From Eledone cirrhosa (Eukaryota), in NCBI GenBank assembly GCA_964016885.1, contig OZ024742.1:279682001-279746000 (forward strand): a DNA stretch of 64,000 nt, in the 5' to 3' direction. The position numbers and the translations under genes are program-made. Positions 55,645 to 64,000 of the stretch are shown piece by piece. The notes beneath the pieces are model-generated. The model did no database searches. It saw nothing but the letters and a program-made list of their open reading frames with translations, and was not told the origin of the DNA. Position 1 is the stretch's first letter. Each line of letters opens with the position of its first letter.

Positions 55645-58489
55645 CGGAGGCCATTGTCAACAACAGATGGTAGTACTCTCTCAAGAGGGCAGTTAGATTA
55701 GACTCGATAGGTTTTAGTAAAGAATTAGTGTTACATAGAAATAAGACCGAAAAGGAACTGGTAGATAAAGTATAAGAGGCACTTAAAAATGGCAACGTAG
55801 CCAGCGTGCTAGCGACGAGAACGGCCTTGGACCAGTTCTTCGACGCAAAGCATGAAGGTTGCGTTGTCAGAAGCAAAATACGTGCTCTGGGAAACGAGGG
55901 AGCCAAAGCTGTTAGCTGGGCCCGAGGGACGGAGGCGAAAAGTGGCAACAACTTAACGATTCGGTCTTTGAAGGACCAAGACGGATGCGTGATACGTGAG
56001 CCGAAGCAAATGTGCGCGGCCTTTCAGCGGCACTTTGCTCAACTGTCCGGGCAGGGCGGCGCGCCGGGAGGGGCTATGGATTTAGGTTCATACCTCGACG
56101 GCCTACCGCGACTCTCGGACATCGAGGCGAACTTCTGCGAAAGGCTGATTTCGGCCGCTGAGATAGGGTACGCGCTGAGCCAATGCGGCAAGGCAAATCT
56201 CCAGGTCTCGACGGTCTACCCTACGAATTTTACGTAGCAATGCCGGACTTGTTCTCCGGTCTCCTGGAAGCGGTCTACTGCAACTGGCAGCAGCACGGGA
56301 GAATTCCCAGTTCTGTGACCAAGGGCGTAATCACGTTAATCAGAAAGGACGAGTACAAGAGGGATGACATAGGCAACTTCCGGCCCATAACTCTGCTCAA
56401 CACAGAGTTACAGATTTTGGCCAAGGTGTTGGCAAAAAGGCTGGCGCTTGTCATGGAAAACCTGGTGGGAGAAGCGCAGACATGCACAATCCCGACCAAG
56501 TCTATACAATACAACCTCCACCTCATGCGATACATCATAGAGAGGGTAGTGTGTAAATCCGGCTTCGGTTGGGCCCTGATCAACTTGGATCAGTCTAAGG
56601 CTTTCGATAGGGGTGACCATCGTTACCTGGATGCGGTGCTCGAGGCGGCAGGCTTCGGTCCCGTGTTCAGGGGCTGGATTGCTGCAATGCACAACAGCAA
56701 TAACTGCTCAAGGGTCAAGGTGAACGGCTACCTCTCGGAGTCGTTCCACATCACACGATCCATCCGACAGGGAAGCCCTCTCTCCTCCCTTCTGTACGTA
56801 CTGACGCTCGAGCCAGTACTGCGGAAATTGGAGCGATTGCAGGCATCCCTTTGGAACCGTACTATGAAAAGCGACGTCGCACTACGCCGACGACGTGACA
56901 GTAATAATGTTGAGCACCTCGAAAATTGGGTAGATCGGCACCTTACTGGAGGAATACGAAAGGTTCACAGGAGCGAAGCTGAACGGGGACAAATCCGTCG
57001 GCTTGCAACTCGGAACGTGGAGAGGCAAACCGATGCCTTCCGATGACGTCGTCTGACGCTGGACGGAAGGCCCGTAAAGCTACTCGGGGTCTGGTTTGGT
57101 CCCGACCTCCAGGTGGAGAATAACTGGAACGAGATGACGGCCAAGGTGTTTGCGCTCACCCAGAAGTGGGCCGAGTGCAAACTATCCTTGAAAGGTCGAG
57201 CGGAGGTGGCCAACACTTTTATAGCGTCCGTCATCTACTACCGTTTGGCCGTTGTGCCTTGTCCAGCAAAAACGCTCACCAAAATGGAGCGCGCGCTCTT
57301 CCAATTCCTTTGGAAGAAACGGGCTCCTTTAGTGAGAAAATCCATCTGCTGCCAACACCCTTCAAACGGAGGGCTGGGGACGCCGTGACTGAGGATGCGC
57401 AAATACGCGCTCAGGCTGAGGCACCTCCAGGTATTCCTCACCAGACAACCGGTGTGGGCCCCGTTCGTGAGGTACCTCCCACGACTCGTCTCACTGACCG
57501 AGCTTCAGACCTGGGTCAAGCAAAGACCGAGGAAAATGGTCGACTGGCATATCGAATGTGCTCAGGCGCTCACAGTCCTCTGGCAAACGGAACCGGCGAT
57601 CTGTGGAGACTCCACTTCAACATTCTATAGAGGGTTGGTCCGCAGAAAGTGCGACGACACGCTTGGAGAAACTCTAGGCGTAGAGGAGGACGAACTGGCC
57701 AGTCTGTTCGGTGGGACCTTCCGCCCGGCACCAATGGACAACTTCCGAAAGTCCCTGACCTACTGAGGAGCTCTACCAGTTCGAGACAAGCTCTACAGAC
57801 ACGGGCGTCCGAGTAGGGACCCTTAGAAAAAGATCTGTCCGAGATGCGTGCGCGACGAGGAAGCCGTGGCACACGCATTTTTATACTGCCCGGGCGTTAC
57901 CGACCTGTGGGGCTATGTAGAACGACTATTGTCGCGGGTGGGACCAATCCAGTTGACCACCGAGTTCATTGTCATGATCAAACCGACACCCTCCTTCAAA
58001 AACGAGGGAGAGTCGGTTTTCCTATGTGTTAAGGCTATGGTGAAAGAGCTTATATGGTGGACGAGGTTAAAAGGGCTGAGGTCAGACACCTTTCTCTCCG
58101 GCGAGCAAGTGATTCGTTTTTTCAAATATAATTTTGGAAGAAGAATCAGGATGGAGAGAGAGGTGCTGTACCCCAGCAAATTTTATAAAAGGTGGGTGAA
58201 TGTGGCAAAGATGGCCCGGCTGGTTGGGTCTTCTCTCTATATAAGCCTTTTGGTTGAGGAAAAAGAGGAAGAGAGGCAGGGAGTACTCACTAGTGGTGCT
58301 CTTGGAGATGAGGGTTGTACATTTTTCGGGGTGTGTACAACCCCTGCGTAACACTTCACCCCTATTGCGGATGGGATATCAATTCTTATTTCTTATTGTA
58401 TTAATAGTTTTATTTTCATATACCTGTATGTAAATTCTCCATTTGTATTTGTCCCCTTCTTTTGTGCCCTTGTGACTAATAAAGAAATT
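55645..58489 (+). mobile_element. 5'-truncated Tx1-family copy with disrupted RT
   Basis: SPGLDG, FRPITLLN, DQSKAFDR, RQGSPLS; 14-bp TSD TATCCATCTAGCTA at 55631-55644 and 58490-58503. Confidence 0.92.
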
Positions 58490-58517
58490 TATCCATCTAG
58501 CTAACTATCTATCTATC

Positions 58518-61500
58518 AGCCTCAAAAATCTAATCGGCCTATTCCAACTGGCCGATAGATATCGACTAGATTTCCCGACTGCACCACAGCGGGACATCTA
58601 GATCGTATCTAAATGGGTTTTTCATTAGAGAGAAGGACTAGAAGATGTTAAGCTGTCCACAAATGCACATGATTGCCTATTCAGATCACAAACTAGTCGT
58701 CTGCATAGTCGACCGTGATAGAATAGATAGACAAGGACCCGCATACTGGAAGCTGAACGTGTAGTGGCAGGCACGAAAAGCCTACAGTGAACGGATAAGT
58801 AGATTAGTTATGCAACAGTTGACGGGAGCCATCGTCAGCAATAAATGGTGGCACTCTCTCAAGGGAGCAATTAGAGTAGAAACGATAGGGTTTATTAAAG
58901 AATTAGCTTTAGAAAAAAGCAAATCAGAAACAGAACTAGTAGCCAAGATAAAAGAGGCGCATAGGAGTGGAAACGCAGCTAGAGTGCTAGCATTGAGAAT
59001 TATACTGGACCAGTTCTTCGACGCGAAACATGAAGACTGCGTGGTCAGAAGTAAATCACGTGCTATAGGAAACGAGGGAGCAAAAACTGTTAGCTGGGCC
59101 TAGTGGCGGAAGCGAAAAGTGGCAACAAGTCCACGATTCGTTCATTGAAAGGCCAAACGGATGCGTGCTAGTTCACCCCAGGCAGATGTGCGCGGCCTTC
59201 CAGCGTCACTTTGCGTGACTGTTTGAGCAGAACGATGGTGCACCGGACGGGGCAATGGACTTTGGTTCATAACTTGACGGCCTGCTGTGTCTCTCAAGCA
59301 AGGACACCGAGTTCTGCGAAAGACCGATCACAGCCTCTGAGATACGGGACGCTCTGGGCCGCTGCGGGAAACGCACGTCACCCGGTCTAGATGGTCTACC
59401 CTATGAGTTTTAAATAGGCATGCCGGAGTTGTTCTCTGGCGTCCTCAAAGCCGCCTACTGCAATTGGCACCAGAACGTGACAATTCCCAGTTCTGCAGGC
59501 AAAGGCGTAATAACGCTTATCAGGAAAGACGAGAACAAGGGGGACGAAATAAACAATTTCAGGCCCATAACTCTGCTCAACACAGAGTTAAAGATTTTGG
59601 CCAAGGTGCTAGCAACGAGTCTGGCGCTTGTCGTTGAAAACCTGGTAGGGAAAGCGCAAACGTGTGAAATCCCGACCAGGACCATACAGGACAATCTCCA
59701 GTCTTGCGATATAACATACAGAGGGTGGGGTTTAAACCCGTCTTCTGTGGGGCACTGATCAATTTAGATCTGTCTAAGGCATTCGATAGGGTCGAGCATC
59801 GAATTTTGGAAGCGGTTCTCAAGGCGGCCGGTTTCGGCCCGTTTTCAGAGGCTGGATCAAGGCGGTGCACACCAGCATCTGCTTGATGGTCAAGGTGAAC
59901 TGCTACCTATCGGAGCCGTTCGCAATCGCGCGTTCCATTCGACAGCGATGCCCTCCATTCTGTACGTATTGACTCTAGAGCCTCTATTGAGGAAGTTGGA
60001 GCTTTTGCAAGGCATCCCTTTAGAACCGGGACTGCGAAAAGCGGCGTCGGCTTATGCCGACGACGTGACGGTAATGGTGTCGAAAACACCGGAAATGGAG
60101 GTAATCGGCAACCTACTACAGGAATACCAAAGGTTCACAGAAGCAAAACTGAACCCGGTCAAGTCTGTCAGTTTGCAACTCGGAACGTGGAGAGGAAAAC
60201 CGGTGCCGTCCGACAGCGTCGTCGGATGCTGGACGGAAGGACCAGTGAAATTGCTCGGTCCAGTGGAATTGCCAGACGGAAGGACCAGTGGAATTGTTCG
60301 GAAATAGTTCGGTCCAGATCTCAAGGTGGAGAAAAACTGGAACGAGGACATGGCCAAGGTATTTGCGCTAACCCAGATGTGGGTAGAGTGCAAACTGTCT
60401 TTGAAAGGTCTAGCGGAGGTGGCGAACACTTTCATAGCGTCTTTCATTTACTACTGTTTGACTGTCGGGCCTTGTCCCCGTGAATACCTCACCAAGGTGG
60501 AACGTATGCTCTTCCAGTTCCTGTGGAAGAAGCAGGCTCCACTGGTTAGGAGATCCGTCTGCTGTCAACACCCTTCCAACGGAGGGCTGGGCATGCCGTG
60601 GCTAATGATGTGCAAACATGCGGTGAGGCTACGGCATCTCCAGGTATTCATCACCTACAAACCGGTGTGGGCACCGTTTGTGAGACAGGCCTTTCCACAA
60701 CTTGTCTCGCTGACGGAGCTGCAGTCCTGGGTCAAGCGAAGACCGAAGAAGATGGGCGCCGGGCACATTGAATGCGGCCTGGCGCTCACAGCCCTCTCTC
60801 AAGTGGGCACAGCAATCAGTGGAAACTCCACTTCGACATTCTATAGAGGGATAGTACATTACAAGTGCGACGACGTGATGGGGAGACTCTAGGCGTCGAA
60901 GACGACGATCTCACCAGTCTGTTCGGTAGGACTTTCCGCCCGGGACCTATGTACAACTTCCAGAGATCCCTGGCAGTGATACCGAGGAGCTCTACCCGTT
61001 CGAGACAAAATCTACAGGCATGGACGCCCCAGCAGTGATCCTTCCAAGAAGACGTGTCCAAGATGCGAGCAGGACATTTAAACCGTCTTGCATGCAATTG
61101 TACACTGCCCGGGCGTAAGCGACCTGTGGGACTATGCAGAACAACTGGTTTCGCGTATGGGACAAATCCAGTTGACTGCCGAGTCTATAGTAAGGATCAA
61201 GCCACCAGCCTCTATTCAAAAACGAAAGAGAGTCGGTTTTCTTCTGTACCGTGTCTATGGTGAAAGAGGTTATATGGTGGACGAGATTGAGAGGACTGAG
61301 AACAGATGCCTTTCTCTCCGGACAACAATTGATTCCCTTCTTTAAGTGGAGAGAGAGGCACTGCACTTCAGTAAATTTACTGAAAGGTGGGTGAATGAAG
61401 CGAAAATGGCCCGAGTGTTTGGGTCATCTCTGTTTATAAGCCTGTAGGTTAAAGAAGAGAGCAAAAGGAAGAAAGGAGCACTCGCACAACACGCTCCTGA

Positions 61501-61682
61501 AGTTGAGGGTTGTTCTTTCGACGGGGTATTAAACAACCCGTTTGTGGTGCCTCCCACCTTTGGGGAATTTCGATTGTCATAATTGTTTGTTGCAATATCT
61601 TTACACGACTGTATGTAAAATCCACGGCAAGTGTCTTTGTATTGTCCCCTTTTCTTGTGCGCCCTTGTTGCAAATAAAGAAA
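58518..61682 (+). mobile_element. 5'-truncated Tx1-family copy (end of EN plus RT), disrupted
   Basis: SDHK, YWKLN, FRPITLLN, YADD; ends aataaagaaa; TATCTATCTAT on both sides. Confidence 0.92.
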
Positions 61683-61731
61683 TATATCTATCTATATTTG
61701 CTCTTGTTGCAAATAAATAAATATATATATA

Positions 61732-61788
<57 letters not shown>

Positions 61789-62119
61789 TTATCATATCTT
61801 GCTACCTCACAACTCTCTCTTTGTCATTCTCTCTCCCACCCTCTCTCATTATCTCTCTATCTATCTATATTTATCTGTCTCATCCCTCTCACATTCTCTT
61901 TCTCATCATCCACCAATTACCTTCGCTCAATCTGTTTCTCACCTTTTCTCTTCAGCCTCTGACTTCCCCTTCTTCTCTCCTCAACTTCCTCTTTCTCTCT
62001 AACTCTATTTTTCTCTCTCTCTCTCTCTCTCTCGCTTTTATTACACTATTGCTCTGCTAAATCTCACTTGATCTCTAATTTCAGTAGCTATAATATACTA
62101 TTATTTTTATTATTAGAGT

Positions 62120-62205
62120 TATAGCCCTTTATGTTCTGAGTTGAAATCCCACCGCGGTTAGCTTTGCATTTCATCCTTACGGGGTCGATAAATAATGCAC
62201 CAGCT
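62120..62205 (+). mobile_element. Partial tRNA-derived SINE
   Basis: gagttgaaatcccaccg...tttcatccttacggggtcgataaa. Confidence 0.7.
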
Positions 62206-62930
62206 TCCCAGTACTGGTTTTTGTTTGCTACTAGTCCATATTAGCTGAGCGTGATCATTAGTGTATACATCTTCATCGAATGTTTAATAAGTTCACTTCT
62301 TAATCACTTTCAGGATTTGGTGTGATGTAAATCTGTGGTAAAAGAAAATTGGTCATGATGTCGAACAGTGTGAACAAACATAAAGCCATGCCTAGTTCTG
62401 AAGCTAACTTCTCAACCATTCCGACTTTCTACATGTACTATTGCATTTAAAAAATTCAAAACGAAATGGAAGCAACACATTTAAATCAAAGGAGTAGCAT
62501 CTTAAAGGTAGGGTATACTCATTAATTCAAAGCTGTATGATGTATGAAAAACAGAGTCTTGAATAAGAACATAATTAAGAAAAGTAATTTACGAATGTAG
62601 CAGCATCCAACATATTTAAATAGCTAGACATAATAAAAATATGAGCCACGTTAAATGGTACAATAACTAAAATTTCGACGTGAAGTGATCTTGAAGTAAT
62701 GTTTTTTTTTTTCTTTTGTTAATAAAGACTTTATAACGAGGAGCATGGTGTAAAAAGTATCCAGTTCATTCATAAAAAAGAGATTCTCTAAGAAATATGA
62801 AATTACACATACACGTATACATGACCATTACACGTATTTTGAATTGTGAAACTTAGAGATTCATATACACATCAATATATACATTCATGTTTATTAATAC
62901 ATACATGCAAACATACATAAATACACCCCA

Positions 62931-63064
<134 letters not shown>

Positions 63065-63175
63065 CGTTGCTGAGACCGGGGAGATCGCTAATCATGGGAG
63101 TACTCAATGCATAGTGATATGTAGAGAGGGTATAGAGGCTTATAAAATCTCGACCGTGGTGCCAAGTCGAAGCTG

Positions 63176-63752
<577 letters not shown>

Positions 63753-63952
63753 NNNNNNNNNNNNNNNNNNNNNNNNNNNNNNNNNNNNNNNNNNNNNNNN
63801 NNNNNNNNNNNNNNNNNNNNNNNNNNNNNNNNNNNNNNNNNNNNNNNNNNNNNNNNNNNNNNNNNNNNNNNNNNNNNNNNNNNNNNNNNNNNNNNNNNNN
63901 NNNNNNNNNNNNNNNNNNNNNNNNNNNNNNNNNNNNNNNNNNNNNNNNNNNN
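63753..63952. other. Assembly gap (200 N)
   Basis: Run of N. Confidence 1.
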
Positions 63953-64000
63953 ATTTCTGTCACAAGGTCTGGATTGACCTGAAGATATTGTAAATAACAT

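Noticed and set aside
63972-64000. cctgaaga at the window end
   Set aside because: Truncated by the window edge; cannot be evaluated.

Overview
AT-rich, microsatellite-dense eukaryotic intergenic or intronic DNA. The SINE family and repeat landscape suggest an octopus-type cephalopod (inference). No host gene is recognisable, and most listed ORFs are microsatellite artefacts. The window holds five degraded Penelope-like element (PLE) pieces with a C-terminal GIY-YIG domain, ending in (TA)n, plus one PLE N-terminal fragment. It also holds one full-length and several truncated Tx1-clade LINEs sitting in (TATC)n with target-site duplications, and a young Dong/R4-type RLE retrotransposon (1031-codon ORF) in (TAA)n. 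Smaller items are tRNA-derived SINEs, a perfect-TIR MITE, a Helitron 3' end and a Tc1/mariner remnant. The main hidden signal is about 20 type I hammerhead ribozyme (HHR) motifs, intact or degenerate, from roughly ten sequence families. Several lie once per unit in 360-490 bp non-coding tandem repeats (retrozyme-like; predicted self-cleaving and possibly circular RNAs). Others lie in PLE 3' ends. Some families share a small GCTGCTA-N4-TAGTGG hairpin upstream of the ribozyme. All structures were read by eye, so folding and cleavage are untested and element boundaries are approximate.
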